This document shows, one piece after another, positions 24,701 to 38,612 of a stretch of 57,745 bases of DNA. Made by a program: the position numbers and the translations under genes. The notes beneath the pieces are model-generated. The model had not been told where the DNA came from, made no database searches, and was given only the letters and a program-made list of their open reading frames with translations. Location: contig NC_068997.1 of assembly GCF_001194135.2 (NCBI RefSeq), positions 34,308,298 to 34,366,042 of the forward strand. The letters run 5' to 3'. The DNA comes from Octopus bimaculoides (taxonomy: Eukaryota). Every line of letters begins with the position of its first letter. Within the stretch, counting starts at the first letter, position 1.

Positions 24701-25341
24701 TAACATTGGAGACGTTTCATTTATATGGATAAAGAATGTTCTTATCTGGAAGTTGGTCGACCCCAATTCTGCTCGGGATGAAATGAGTACAATTAGGGCT
24801 CAGATTACTGGGGAGCAAATATCTTAAACAGGCATTGTTTTTACAAAACCCCTCTCCCTCTATTAATAACATAGATTGTATGTGACTGTGTCTGGTTAGC
24901 AGTGAACTCATATCGAAGGCAACGCATGAATGCACGGTAACATGACGAGAGTTGGATGTTATCAAGGAACCTCTGTCGTTTTTTACAGTTGGGTAAACTT
25001 ATAGAGTTTAACCCTGTATCTCCAACTCTTTTCATTCCGGCAAATATTCAGCATGAGGCTGCAGTTGTAGATTAACTCATTGAATGTTGTAAATCGCATA
25101 TAATGAACAAATGCAAAGAAATATATATAGACGTCTAAGTACACAGCCATTCGTTTGTCATTCCGCTCGCACCCGTATGTATCTATTACATTTATATTCA
25201 TATACACATATAAATGATATATACTCAAATAAATGTACATCTTTCGTCACGTAAATGCATTTGTTTACAACTATATATGAAATATATACATAATACACAC
25301 ACGCATACACACGTAAGTGACAGTGAGTGGCAGTGTGTGTA

Positions 25342-25380
<39 letters not shown>

Positions 25381-25473
25381 AGAAAGTAACAATGAAATAT
25401 ATACAAGCACACACATACATATATATGTGTATCATATTGTCTATAATATAAGCAAATAGGCATTATACATACA

Positions 25474-25527
<54 letters not shown>

Positions 25528-26844
25528 AGGCAAATAAGAAAATGGAGAGGATATACAATCGACAAACACCAGCCAGAAAACATTCAATTATATCTATTTA
25601 TTGATTGATTGCAAACATGTGTGATACAAGTAAACGAATGAAATAAGCCAATAAATACGTAAACAGATATATATATAGAAATAAATGAATAACAATGATA
25701 ATAACAATATGGCTGATGTTTGTCGATTGTATACCCTCTCCATTTTCTTATTTGCCTCATAAATCCTGGCTAAATTTCTAGTTTTCCCTTAGATGGTTTC
25801 TTAACCTCTAACTCATACAGATATATATATATATATATANNNNNNNNNNNNNNNNNNNNNNNNNNNNNNNNNNNNNNNNNNNNNNNNNNNNNNNNNNNNN
25901 NNNNNNNNNNNNNNNNNNNNNNNNNNNNNNNNNNNNNNNNNNNNNNNNNNNNNNNNNNNNNNNNNNNNNNNNNNNNNNNNNNNNNNNNNNNNNNNNNNNN
26001 NNNNNNNNNNNNNNNNNNNNNNNNNNNNNNNNNNNNNNNNNNNNNNNNNNNNNNNNNNNNNNNNNNNNNNNNNNNNNNNNNNNNNNNNNNNNNNNNNNNN
26101 NNNNNNNNNNNNNNNNNNNNNNNNNNNNNNNNNNNNNNNNNNNNNNNNNNNNNNNNNNNNNNNNNNNNNNNNNNNNNNNNNNNNNNNNNNNNNNNNNNNN
26201 NNNNNNNNNNNNNNNNNNNNNNNNNNNNNNNNNNNNNNNNNNNNNNNNNNNNNNNNNNNNNNNNNNNNNNNNNNNNNNNNNNNNNNNNNNNNNNNNNNNN
26301 NNNNNNNNNNNNNNNNNNNNNNNNNNNNNNNNNNNNNNNNNNNNNNNNNNNNNNNNNNNNNNNNNNNNNNNNNNNNNNNNNNNNNNNNNNNNNNNNNNNN
26401 NNNNNNNNNNNNNNNNNNNNNNNNNNNNNNNNNNNNNNNNNNNNNNNNNNNNNNNNNNNNNNNNNNNNNNNNNNNNNNNNNNNNNNNNNNNNNNNNNNNN
26501 NNNNNNNNNNNNNNNNNNNNNNNNNNNNNNNNNNNNNNNNNNNNNNNNNNNNNNNNNNNNNNNNNNNNNNNNNNNNNNNNNNNNNNNNNNNNNNNNNNNN
26601 NNNNNNNNNNNNNNNNNNNNNNNNNNNNNNNNNNNNNNNNNNNNNNNNNNNNNNNNNNNNNNNNNNNNNNNNNNNNNNNNNNNNNNNNNNNNNNNNNNNN
26701 NNNNNNNNNNNNNNNNNNNNNGAGAGAGAGAAAGAAAGACGGAGAGAGAGAGAGAGTGGGGGAGAAATAGGTAGACAGACAGAGACAGAAACAGTGAGAG
26801 GAGAGCAAGTGAGAGATAGACAGACGGGGAGAGTGAGTGAGAGA

Positions 26845-26893
<49 letters not shown>

Positions 26894-27717
26894 AAAGAGC
26901 CCTTGTGAAAAGTTTGGGACGTTTCAGTGGTAATGTTTCCCAGTAGAAGGCAGCGAAGTTTAATCCAAGCCTGGGGTGGGGGTGGCCGAGAGGAGGGAGA
27001 CAGGAATATGTGAGAGAAGTGGAAGTGGAAGTTTTGTTGAGATAAACTCAATGACAGCAATTGGTAGAAAATTATTTCTGAGGTCAGGTGGAGGAATACA
27101 TATTAAATGTAATGGCACTAATACTGCCAGCACCATCCCCAGCACCATCCCCAGCGCCACCAGCACTACCACTACCACCACTAGCACCGCTACCACCACC
27201 ACCTTCATCACTGATGCTAAATTATTCATGTTCAAAAAAGAAATACGACCATTTAATGACAACTGAGATGTCTAGGACAACAGTGACAACGATGATAATG
27301 ATGATGGCGCTGATAATGATGACGACGATGACGATGATGTTGATGGTGATGAGGAGGAAGAGGAGGAGAGTTAGTGATGACAACAAGGATTAGCATGATT
27401 GTGTTGTTAACAATGTTATTGATGATGTTCCTAAGCTGTTGCTAGTGATGGTGTTCCGTCCGACTGAAGGTGGTGGTGATGTAAATGATGGTGTTGATGT
27501 TACTGTTGATGATGATAGTGTTGATGGTTATGTTGATAATGATGGTATTTATTCAAGTGATTGCATTGCTGGTTTGCGAAGGGTAATGAGTTGGCAAAAA
27601 TGTTAAAAAGTCAGTTTAAACGTCTAAAGTATTTAGTGTCAGAGTCCTCTGTCTTCGTTTCCTAATCATGCCTTTACCACCGTTTATATTTTGCTGTCTA
27701 TTCCATTACGTATATGC

Positions 27718-27920
27718 CTGGTATTAGTCATTATAATAACTCAACCGATTGGCAGAGAGTGAATGACAAGGCATACCACCCGTTAGCCCACAGGCATACT
27801 ATGACTTCTGCTTTTTCTACAGTGACTATAATAGCTATTATAGTCTATGTATTATATAGTCACCGAAGAAAAAGCAGAGGAAACAGCATGTCTTTGAGTC
27901 ATCATAATGACTAATACCAG
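27718..27920. mobile_element. MITE-like element with nested inverted repeats
   Basis: 27-bp terminal IR (27718-27744 / 27894-27920, 25/27 identical). Internal 26-bp stem 27805-27830 / 27855-27880. No TSD identified. Confidence 0.55.
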
Positions 27921-27959
27921 TTTCGGAGCTTGCTGAGCTCATACCATCTCTAGTCAGAC

Positions 27960-28160
27960 ATTCCCTACCCACTTATTGTTACTCCCTCTTCTCATCACCT
28001 TTGTTGTGTTCAACCTCACCCAGGCCTTTCATTAAACACTATATCCATTCCTTCCTTTCTGGCCACATCTCAGCCCTCGTGAATGTGTTTTCCCCAAGTG
28101 TTGACTTGCAATTATTCAAGAAGAACATCAACGCCATTAATCTCTCACCAGCCTTGAAGA
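27960..28160 (+). mobile_element. Possible CR1/L2-group LINE 3' fragment
   Basis: HYIHSFLSGHISALVNVFSPSVDLQLFKKNINAINL resembles the SF..R...WN.LP..VFP...DL..FK..IN terminus of CR1-group ORF2s. Recognition from memory only. Confidence 0.4.
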
Positions 28161-28832
28161 GATTACGAGGGTCTATGGACATGTTCCTTTTACCAGACTC
28201 AACAAGAAAGAAAACAATGAAAGAATAGATATAGGTTGAGTCACAACATTCTGTGATCCAGTTACTATTAAACCGTGTAAATTCTGTCGTGACGGCCAGA
28301 GCCTAATTGATTACCCGCCATTTCTGCCTCAAATTGGGATCTGCAAATCTTTTTTTTAATGTTATTTAAATATATGCTGTTTTATCTCAAAATAACTGAT
28401 CAGTCAGTAATAGTTGCTAAATTTGCTATTTTATCCAACTTAGTACGGATTCCCACATATTTTTATGTTTGCGATGAGAAATAATTTTCAATAATATCAT
28501 GAAGCAACTAGGCACATGTTTGATAAAAATGGAGACATTTATATGGTATCAATATGAAAGTAGAAAGAACTGTTGATACTCAATCGAATTTCGTCCGTAA
28601 GCCTGATGTTATTTTCTTTTTCCAAATTTGTATACAAATATTTAACATAATTTATATCAAAAGAATTTTCGCAGTTAATTCTCACCTCTATCATTAGTTA
28701 CCAATTTAATAGGTTCTGGTAAAAAGAAATAGATAATTATGAAAGAGGAGAAGAATAAATTCGAAATATATGAGTGTGGTTTATAGTAAATGACTGTCTC
28801 TTAAAATATAGTAAAAGTGACATAAACTAGAA

Positions 28833-28871
28833 CAGTGGGTCCCAACCTGGGGTCTGCGGACAACATTCAAA

Positions 28872-28911
<40 letters not shown>

Positions 28912-29494
28912 NNNNNNNNNNNNNNNNNNNNNNNNNNNNNNNNNNNNNNNNNNNNNNNNNNNNNNNNNNNNNNNNNNNNNNNNNNNNNNNNNNNNNNNNN
29001 NNNNNNNNNNNNNNNNNNNNNNNNNNNNNNNNNNNNNNNNNNNNNNNNNNNNNNNNNNNNNNNNNNNNNNNNNNNNNNNNNNNNNNNNNNNNNNNNNNNN
29101 NNNNNNNNNNNNNNNNNNNNNNNNNNNNNNNNNNNNNNNNNNNNNNNNNNNNNNNNNNNNNNNNNNNNNNNNNNNNNNNNNNNNNNNNNNNNNNNNNNNN
29201 NNNNNNNNNNNNNNNNNNNNNNNNNNNNNNNNNNNNNNNNNNNNNNNNNNNNNNNNNNNNNNNNNNNNNNNNNNNNNNNNNNNNNNNNNNNNNNNNNNNN
29301 NNNNNNNNNNNNNNNNNNNNNNNNNNNNNNNNNNNNNNNNNNNNNNNNNNNNNNNNNNNNNNNNNNNNNNNNNNNNNNNNNNNNNNNNNNNNNNNNNNNN
29401 NNNNNNNNNNNNNNNNNNNNNNNNNNNNNNNNNNNNNNNNNNNNNNNNNNNNNNNNNNNNNNNNNNNNNNNNNNNNNNNNNNNNNNNNNNNNNN

Positions 29495-29527
<33 letters not shown>

Positions 29528-29599
29528 TTTTATACTGTTATATAAGGGTTGGGAACCATTGTAGGAAACAAACCGCTGTGAAAAGGTTGGGTACCACTG
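28833..29599. mobile_element. hAT (Charlie-like) non-autonomous element spanning an assembly gap
   Basis: Left TIR CAGTGGGTCCCAACC, right TIR GGTTGGGTACCACTG. 8-bp TSD AACTAGAA (28825-28832) / CACTAGAA (29600-29607). Confidence 0.75.
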
Positions 29600-29789
29600 C
29601 ACTAGAATAGTGTTCTGTGTGTTAACGCACTCGTACACATCGTCTGCTCACTGCACGACTAACGAGGAAATTCACTGTCACTAATACCGTCCAAGATCTT
29701 TCCCTTTATGGATCTCTATTCTTCTGCAACTTCTGTAGCTTTTAACGTGGTATGTGGGAGTATTTGTGTAATTTGAGATCTAGATATAA

Positions 29790-30000
29790 ATTTGGGTGAT
29801 ATTATTGTACTCCATTGATATTCCCTTTTCCGAATTGTTTTTATGCCAATATTTGATTAGACGCATTGAAATTTCCAAATGAAGTGTTTGCAAAAATGGT
29901 ACTATACAACATCAGGGACGGTTGAACAGTTAGAGTAATGCAGTATTTTCTGTATTGCAGTTTTGAATGCTTCCTCTGCGTATCGTTTGTAATACTTACA
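29790..30000 (-). mobile_element. Possible very degenerate Penelope GIY-YIG 3' remnant
   Basis: Weak resemblance only (EEAFKTAIQK, KHFIWK). Heavily disrupted. Confidence 0.25.
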
Positions 30001-30039
30001 TGTACTTTACGTACGTTATTCTTTCTAATAATATAACAA

Positions 30040-30210
30040 TGCCAAGTTGCCCCTGGGTTAAACCGATTAAATCGGTCCTTAGTACTGGTACTTTATTTTA
30101 TCGTACAATGAAAGGGATGAAAAACTAAGTCGATCTCGGGAGAATTTGAACTTAAAACGTGAATAACAGAATAAATGTCACTAAGTGTTTTGCCCAGCTC
30201 GTCACTCTTG
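30040..30210 (-). mobile_element. SINE family A, degenerate
   Basis: tactggtactttattttatcg..aaagggatgaaa..aagtcgatctcgggagaatttgaact. Confidence 0.6.
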
Positions 30211-33055
30211 CTTTATGTATATCATGATAGCATTTTATTTCCGTGGCTAATATTTTTAGTAAAATACGGAATATAGTATCATTTGTCCATTGCAGTAATA
30301 TATGATGAGGCCTCCAGTATGTAATCAGTAGTTCATTCTCGCCTTATTAGGATTTAATCTGGGATGATTTAAGGCGAATTTTTATCTGTTGAAGTTCCAG
30401 TTCTTAGGACTATTTTGATATATGTGTTGATTTCCATAGTTACGAGGTGTTTATTGCTTTTTTTGTTGTTGTTATATATATATTTGGGTATGATGCGTTA
30501 GATTTTAGTTTGATGGATACTTTTTGGCGTGATCATTTACTCTTTTCCGCAAGTTCTTTGTTAGATTTACACTGTTTGAAAATGATGTAAAGATACCATA
30601 CTAAGGCAGAAAGAAGCCACCTCACTCCAGACATAAATTTTTGCTTCAGATACAAGCGTTCATGGAAAATAAATCCACAACTCCCCTCTCATCACATACC
30701 AAACATCAACATAAAATAATTTGAAAAAGGTCGATATAAAAACTTTCACCAAGAGGTAGAATTCTACAATAACAAGACCTGCACTTTGAAAAAGATAATT
30801 ATTGGAGCATCAAAAGGAAGATCCTACAAGACAACGAAACTGTAATAGTCAACCTAATATAACTAAGGGATACCCTCTCATATAGCACTCTAGTATAATA
30901 CATGAAGACCACACACAACAGGAGTGGGGGGTATCAAGAAACTAAATAAGAAATAAAGAAAGGAAACTGACAAACGTTTCTATCAAACATAAACCCCGAA
31001 ATAAGTAGTAAAATGCTAAAGAACAGCTACATCATAATTCAATAACAATTTCAAGCAATATGATGAAATGAAATTAGTGAACCTCTGTATCAGACAAACT
31101 GATGATTGACAGACTCACACACAAACACTCAAAATACAAGAGACACTTCCACACCGAAGACGATACTGGTGTTTTTCTTTATTCACGCACATAAAACAAC
31201 AAATTGGTCCCACAAAATACCTTATGTACATCGAAAATACATAAGGCCAGACGTAATTATTGCATGTCTCAATATCTTCAAGTATTCATGTCAATATTGT
31301 AATATCTCTAGAATTTTAAAACAAGGTAAGTCGTAATAATTTTTAATAAAGTTGTAATAATTTATAACAAAATCTAACCGAAGCACAATCAACCAGACCC
31401 ATTATTTTTTTTACACATCCACATAAATGCTCCAAAGATTCATCACCAACATGTACTGTTGCCTTACTAATTCACAAACATCTCACAAACAGCAGACGAT
31501 AAATTTGAGCAACACAAAGATCCCAGCACACGCTATTCTATCCACTATTCTTATCAGCTAAAGAGCAACTAGAATATCAAAACATCATAAGAAAGAACTA
31601 AAATGCTGTCTACTGAATATTGACAGACTTTTTCCTAATGAACTAGCCTGAAGAAAGGACCATCACAGACCATTAAAAGACCATCCGAGACTGATGAGGT
31701 CGACACTGTTCATTTTCATCTTGAATAAAGGCAAATCGATAGCTGCAGGGAAAATACAAGCAGGAAAGAAATTCCAGAGAGGAACGAATTGTCACAGTGG
31801 ACAGCAGAGATGGCGAAAGAAGTATAAAAAGAGGGAAAAAGTAATCTTATAGCAGACTTTTCAACTCTGAGGAGTAAAGACCACTGTCTTACAGATAGCA
31901 GAAGCAGAGGGCAGAGATAGTATGCACGTGGTCTACAGTTTTCGAGACCACATGCAAATTTATGCCAATCAGCAGGATAACACTTTTGAAATAAAATCAG
32001 GGATGTGTTGTCGCGTAAACAGCAGTACCATCTCAGTTGTAGTAATACTTTATGTATCAACAAATCTTTGCACAGGGTCAGTAGATTTTTATAACAATGC
32101 ATTTTTAATCTATAATTTTCCATATGGATTAGTGAGATTTTTAGCTTATACCTACATGATCTATCGACTCTTTCACGAAGCATATACTCAATACCGTATA
32201 TAGACAAGACTACAATAGCTTGTCTCATTATTCATAATTGCACATCTGTGTTAACCCTACATAAAATAAAATCTAATGGGATGAGGGTTTCCGGTTGCGT
32301 ATTTAGCCCTTACTCGTTTAGGTTTTATAACTTATTTCTATTATAAAAAAAAGTCTTTTATACTGAGACTTTAAATTATCTATGAGCATTAATATAAAGA
32401 CATTATTGCTCTAAGACATTTGAGATAATTTACAGTTAATAAGTATGATTAGAAGAAAGTAAATCTATATTATTTATTACCCCAACATAACCAAAACAGC
32501 ATCAAATACTATCAACCATCACACTCAAAACAAACATCAAACATAAATACGACATAAATACTGCAAATTGCATACAATACTTCTATAACATTTACAACAC
32601 ACAAAGAATACAATATGTAAAAGAAAATGAGATATTAGCATGAAACTCTGAAAGAATTTGCTCGCAGCACATATCGCCAACATGAATGAACAACAAGTAG
32701 ATTTATAAATAATATACTTGATTTATCATATATTGTGTTAGAACTCAAATCACTATACAACAAACAACAGCGTTCTTCGCACCATCACTTTCAAACACAT
32801 TTTCAGACACACCTTCAAAGTCCTTATGCATTTTGTAGGAGCATGCCTTTTTGCAACAGGTTTGGGCTTGAAACGTGCAAAACAACTTAGATGTCAAAAA
32901 TAACTTTGGAAAACTAATAAAGTACGAGACACTATTAGAAATAAAGGCTTTCAAATTATAAAATAGCAACACGAAGTTCATGAATATGATAAATATATAT
33001 CCACAAACACCGACTTACTAACCGTCCATCGAAGTTATCCTTCTAGCTACAGCTC

Positions 33056-33108
<53 letters not shown>

Positions 33109-33748
33109 AAGAGAGAGCAAACTATACACAGTATGTCCCTCCCTCGTAAGTGTTGTTTCTGTTTTTTTGGTGTGTCCTGCAACACGATTCATTGCCGCTC
33201 CCCTTAACATATACTACACCGGTCATGCAAACAAGTATTGTCCAGAAAATAGTTGTCTCCCAGCGAGTTTACACCGAGGCATGCTTCCGGTTTGTTTGAC
33301 ATAAACAAAGATCATTGCTCTTTTGCTCTTTATATCTCTTCTTTGTTTATCTCTCTCTCTTTTCCTCCCCACCCCTTGCACTCGGTTCTCATTCACTAAT
33401 GGCAGCAAATCTTCGACATAGACATCTCCCTTTTCCGTCGTCCTCCAGACATGAAGTAGTTTTGTAACCGTATTCCATTGTGTTCTCTTGACTCTAATTA
33501 GTTCAACAATTGTTACCACTTGCTGCTAACATTGTTTTGCGTATTCTAGCCCTGGCTATCCCTCTTATATTTTTCTTCTTATTCTTATTTCAATTTTTTA
33601 GCTTCCATTCAAACTCTGCACTAGTTTCTTTTGTTAATTTTCCATCTTTCATTTCATCTCATTCATTATATCCACTTCTATTTTAGGATTTAACTCCGAA
33701 TATTCACAAGTTCATTCGAGTACATTAATGATCTGGTTTAGATGCATG

Positions 33749-33816
<68 letters not shown>

Positions 33817-34012
33817 TTTGTATATGTGTGCGGGCGCGCACGTGTTTGGATGTGTGTGTTTGTGTGTGTATATGAGTGGTTGTTTAAGAATAATAAATTT
33901 GTACTCTACACAAATATAGAGTAACCCATGAGATTAATGTAAAATTGTTTGTTATAACTGAATATAAAAACATGGATACACATATACACACGCACTCACA
34001 CACGCAAATATA

Positions 34013-34060
<48 letters not shown>

Positions 34061-34084
34061 CGCGTGTGTGTGTGTGTGTGTGTT

Positions 34085-34124
<40 letters not shown>

Positions 34125-34126
34125 TA

Positions 34127-34300
34127 TAGGCGCAGGCGTGACTGTGTTGTAAGAAGCTTACTCCCCAACCATATTGTTCCGGGTTCAGTGGCACCTTGAG
34201 CAAGCGTCTTCTGCTATAGCCTCGGGCGAACAAACGCATTGTGTGGATTTAGAAGACGAAAACTGAAAGAAGTCCGTCGTATGTATGTATGCATGTACGT
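34127..34300 (+). mobile_element. SINE family B 5' half running into microsatellite and gap
   Basis: aggcgcaggcgtgactgtgttgtaagaagctt..ccgggttcagtggcaccttgagcaagcgtcttctgctatagcctcggg..aactgaaagaagtccgtcgtatg. Confidence 0.8.
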
Positions 34301-35574
34301 NNNNNNNNNNNNNNNNNNNNNNNNNNNNNNNNNNNNNNNNNNNNNNNNNNNNNNNNNNNNNNNNNNNNNNNNNNNNNNNNNNNNNNNNNNNNNNNNNNNN
34401 NNNNNNNNNNNNNNNNNNNNNNNNNNNNNNNNNNNNNNNNNNNNNNNNNNNNNNNNNNNNNNNNNNNNNNNNNNNNNNNNNNNNNNNNNNNNNNNNNNNN
34501 NNNNNNNNNNNNNNNNNNNNNNNNNNNNNNNNNNNNNNNNNNNNNNNNNNNNNNNNNNNNNNNNNNNNNNNNNNNNNNNNNNNNNNNNNNNNNNNNNNNN
34601 NNNNNNNNNNNNNNNNNNNNNNNNNNNNNNNNNNNNNNNNNNNNNNNNNNNNNNNNNNNNNNNNNNNNNNNNNNNNNNNNNNNNNNNNNNNNNNNNNNNN
34701 NNNNNNNNNNNNNNNNNNNNNNNNNNNNNNNNNNNNNNNNNNNNNNNNNNNNNNNNNNNNNNNNNNNNNNNNNNNNNNNNNNNNNNNNNNNNNNNNNNNN
34801 NNNNNNNNNNNNNNNNNNNNNNNNNNNNNNNNNNNNNNNNNNNNNNNNNNNNNNNNNNNNNNNNNNNNNNNNNNNNNNNNNNNNNNNNNNNNNNNNNNNN
34901 NNNNNNNNNNNNNNNNNNNNNNNNNNNNNNNNNNNNNNNNNNNNNNNNNNNNNNNNNNNNNNNNNNNNNNNNNNNNNNNNNNNNNNNNNNNNNNNNNNNN
35001 NNNNNNNNNNNNNNNNNNNNNNNNNNNNNNNNNNNNNNNNNNNNNNNNNNNNNNNNNNNNNNNNNNNNNNNNNNNNNNNNNNNNNNNNNNNNNNNNNNNN
35101 NNNNNNNNNNNNNNNNNNNNNNNNNNNNNNNNNNNNNNNNNNNNNNNNNNNNNNNNNNNNNNNNNNNNNNNNNNNNNNNNNNNNNNNNNNNNNNNNNNNN
35201 NNNNNNNNNNNNNNNNNNNNNNNNNNNNNNNNNNNNNNNNNNNNNNNNNNNNNNNNNNNNNNNNNNNNTATATGTATATATATATGTATGTGTGTATGTA
35301 TATATACACACACAAACAAGTATATATAATATTCTCTCCCAGTGTTTTGGGGTTCATTTTTGCGATCAGTTGAAGGATCTTCCATTTGAATTAGCATACG
35401 AAAATGGTTGAGTATTCCACAGATTCGTCTACCTTAAAGTGGTTCCAAAATAGGATCAGCTTAACATATAGTTAGGAGGCTCTATCTCTGAATAAAGGAA
35501 ACAGTCAATCTGATGCGCTTCTACACTGGTTCATTGATTATACTGGCTCGTTCGACCAAGTTTTGCTTGACGGG

Positions 35575-35675
35575 CTTTAAAAAAATAAGTCCTGAGGTTG
35601 GTATGCTCGACTAAAACCCTCCAAGGCAGTGGCCCAGCACGGCCGCAGTCAACTGACTGAAACGAATAAAAGATA
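35575..35675 (+). mobile_element. SINE family B tail
   Basis: aataagtcctgagg..gctcgactaaa..cccagcacggccgcagtcaactgactgaaacgaataaaa. Confidence 0.7.
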
Positions 35676-35679
35676 TATA

Positions 35680-35946
35680 TGTATATCACGGAACCGACCA
35701 GACTATCAGATTTTGTTACACATCGCTGGTCATAATGCGCTTTTGCATTGTCTTTGCCTTCAAATGACGTCACCCCGCTGGCTAAGAGAGCAGGCCAATA
35801 ATCACTCCCTCATCGAAGGGGAACTGGAGCGATACGAAATGAAGTGTTTTGTTCAAGAACACAACTCGCCGCCTAGTCAGTGAATCGAACCCACGTCTAA
35901 GCGATCGTGAGTGTAACAGCCTAACCACTTGGCTACGCTCCTTCAC
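35680..35946 (-). mobile_element. tRNA-derived SINE (family D-type)
   Basis: Minus head gtgaaggagcgtagccaagtggttagg..gggttcgattcac; body tgtgttcttgaacaaaacacttcatttc similar to 19514-19836. Confidence 0.7.
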
Positions 35947-36084
35947 TATATATATAATGCATATGCGTGTGTTCGTATGTGCGTACGTTAAATATGTTCT
36001 CATGCAAACACAACTCCGCTCACCTTCCATCTTAAGCTGATCCTATTTTGGAATCACTTTAAGGTAGACGAATCTGTGTGTGTG

Positions 36085-36121
<37 letters not shown>

Positions 36122-38393
36122 ACACACACACATACACACACACATATCCAAACACATACATACATGCATACATATATCTATACACACACATGCACTCAAG
36201 TAAAGATATTTTTTTTATTTTCCCACAAGTCATTTATGTGTATGTTATGGGAGAATCTTGAACACCACCACGTGACTGAAGGTGCTCTAACCGATTACAG
36301 TAAATAAGAACAGAGTGAACTGTCGTGGGGATAGTTGATGGTGTTACTTCGACCGTGTTGGTTTATTCTCTTAGTTCGACATGTATTGGTTTAACAGTCG
36401 GTAGTTGAACAGTGAATACCGAGTATCATACCTACGTTCGAGAGGTAAGGGGTGCGTTTTGTGTTAGCATATATTTCTTCAGACTTTCATTTTCTAGATG
36501 AAGAAACTGGCAATTATATTCTTAATAGTCGCGTTTATATTAGTGAAATTCAACGTTCATTGGAACGAGGTTGATACAGGTAATATACTCATCTTCTGAT
36601 TTAAAATTTTATCCGCTGTTCCTAAGTTTCTTTGACCAGCCACTAACACCTTTTAGCGTGTTACAAGACTACTGCATTTATTTTTTGGAGTGTGTATTTT
36701 TCTATTAATAAAGCTTACGTTACTTATCGTGTTTTTATGGAATTCTGTGTAAGATGGTTGTGTTATCAACTTAGTGTTTTCTATCTATTTCTGTTTTGCG
36801 TTCTGCGTTGTAATGTGTTGCAACGACTCCTTGCAAATGCATTGTCAGCCAGTGAGAAAGTGTCGTACTTGCCTGACCAATGTACCTGTTTTGGCCAAGT
36901 AGTTCCCTATTTATTGTTTACATTGTAAATTGTATGCTTAGTGGTTTGCATGTTTCTTGTTTCATATTGATGTGGAGATTTTTCAGACACCGCTAACAAC
37001 TTCAAATACATTAAGAGAGTCTTTATGTGGTTGATTGTCCTGCAATCAAATTCCATCTTAACATCTAAAAGTAATGCATATTGAATGATATAATTCTTGA
37101 AATCCAAAGCCTGAAAGCAGTCAGGAGGCTCACTCTTTTGGAACACTTTTGATCAAATGGCTACTCACTCAGTAAAGGCCAGGGTTAAACCACAGAAACT
37201 AGTTTCTACAGAAGATTAATCATTAATTGTTGATGGATATAGGAATGTTACTGATCTGAACTAAACATAAAAGCTAATAAGGACAAACGGGAAATCTTTA
37301 ATGAAAAACATTAAACTGTAACACATTAATTTACTCTTTCACTAATTCAGTCATTTGCCTGGCCTGACAGCACTTAGGACGTTTGCTTACTAATGTCAAT
37401 CTCCGATAAATGCGCCTAAGGAATTAATGGCGGAGTTGAATCAGACAGATTAGTCCAGCAACCAGGAACATAAGCACCACATTACATATATTCTAACATT
37501 TCCGCCAATTTCGCCAATTTGCCGCTTGGGCTGGTAATAGATCTTATTAATTCAGAAAGATAGAAGGCAAAGTTGATTTAGTTCAGAGGAAGAGCGAAGA
37601 GAAATGAAACAAATGTCGTAAAGTATTTTGTCTAAAACACACACATACATATACATACCCAGACATATGCACACGCATCTACATACACGTATGTGTATGA
37701 GTGTGTGAAAGACTACTTCAATTTGAACGCCACCCTTCCAGAAGTAATTTATGTGGACAATGGTGTTAAACAGCTATACCAGCACCAACATTTTTCTCCA
37801 CGTATCTTGCAGTAGTTATTGTTAATGTGTTTAAATACGGTAATTTTGGCATTTATGAATTATATAGCACAACAGATAAACTGTTGAATCAGTATTGTTT
37901 CAAAGCTAATTTGCTGTGTACTGACGATTGTGTTCTTGTTCAATAGCGACAAGATATTAAAAAGATATAGCACATCTGCAGGATCTGTAACTTCTAGACT
38001 TACATGAAACCCTAAAATAACTTCTCTAAGGGACCAGACTTAATGTAGTGGATTCTTTTCTGTATCTTGGCAACAGATTTCTAGATTCTGAAATCAATTT
38101 GAGGATGAGAAGGCTTCAGTTGCGTTTGAAACTGGGGAAGAGGATTCTTTCAGAGAAAAATTTCTTTTAAATTAGAGCTATGTAGTTAGGGCTCACGGTA
38201 GACATACTGTCAAACATGTTAAGGCATATGTCTGCTATGAACAAATGGTTATGATTGAGATCTAGATGATGACATTCTTCTGTGTATGTATGCATGTATG
38301 TATGTATGTTTGTATGTATGTATGTATGTATGTATGTATGTATGTATGAGTATGTGTGTGTGTAGAGTGTTTGAAGTGGTGTACAGACATTGA

Positions 38394-38569
38394 ATATTGA
38401 ATAAAAGGAGGCCGTCAGAATCTTGGATGATTCTTTATTAGTACTTTCGTTCGTTAACCGAACACTTCAAGGCAAAAGTTTTGGTTTTAGTTTTTGTCTT
38501 GAAGATATCGATTAACGAACGAAAGCGCTAATCAAGAATTATCCCAAATTCTGACTGCCTCGTTTTTCT

Positions 38570-38575
<6 letters not shown>
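38394..38575. mobile_element. About 180-bp foldback/MITE-like palindrome with TA ends
   Basis: Two arms of about 85 bp, roughly 80% complementary (shared ctttcgttcgttaa and gtcagaat). Right TA runs into a (TA)n array. Confidence 0.75.

Positions 38576-38608
<33 letters not shown>

Positions 38609-38612
<4 letters not shown>

Noticed and set aside
30580-31700. A-rich stretch as Penelope ORF remnant; likewise 43540-44300 as a CR1-like RT on the minus strand
   Set aside because: Composition is suggestive, but no motif could be read reliably.
33223-33519. 98-aa minus ORF; likewise 26976-27266, 17412-17684 and 32745-32981
   Set aside because: No recognisable domain, partly low-complexity, and no convincing splice context.
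36375-36444. Exon ending at GAG|GTAAGG
   Set aside because: Stops in all three frames; a UTR exon cannot be supported without transcripts.
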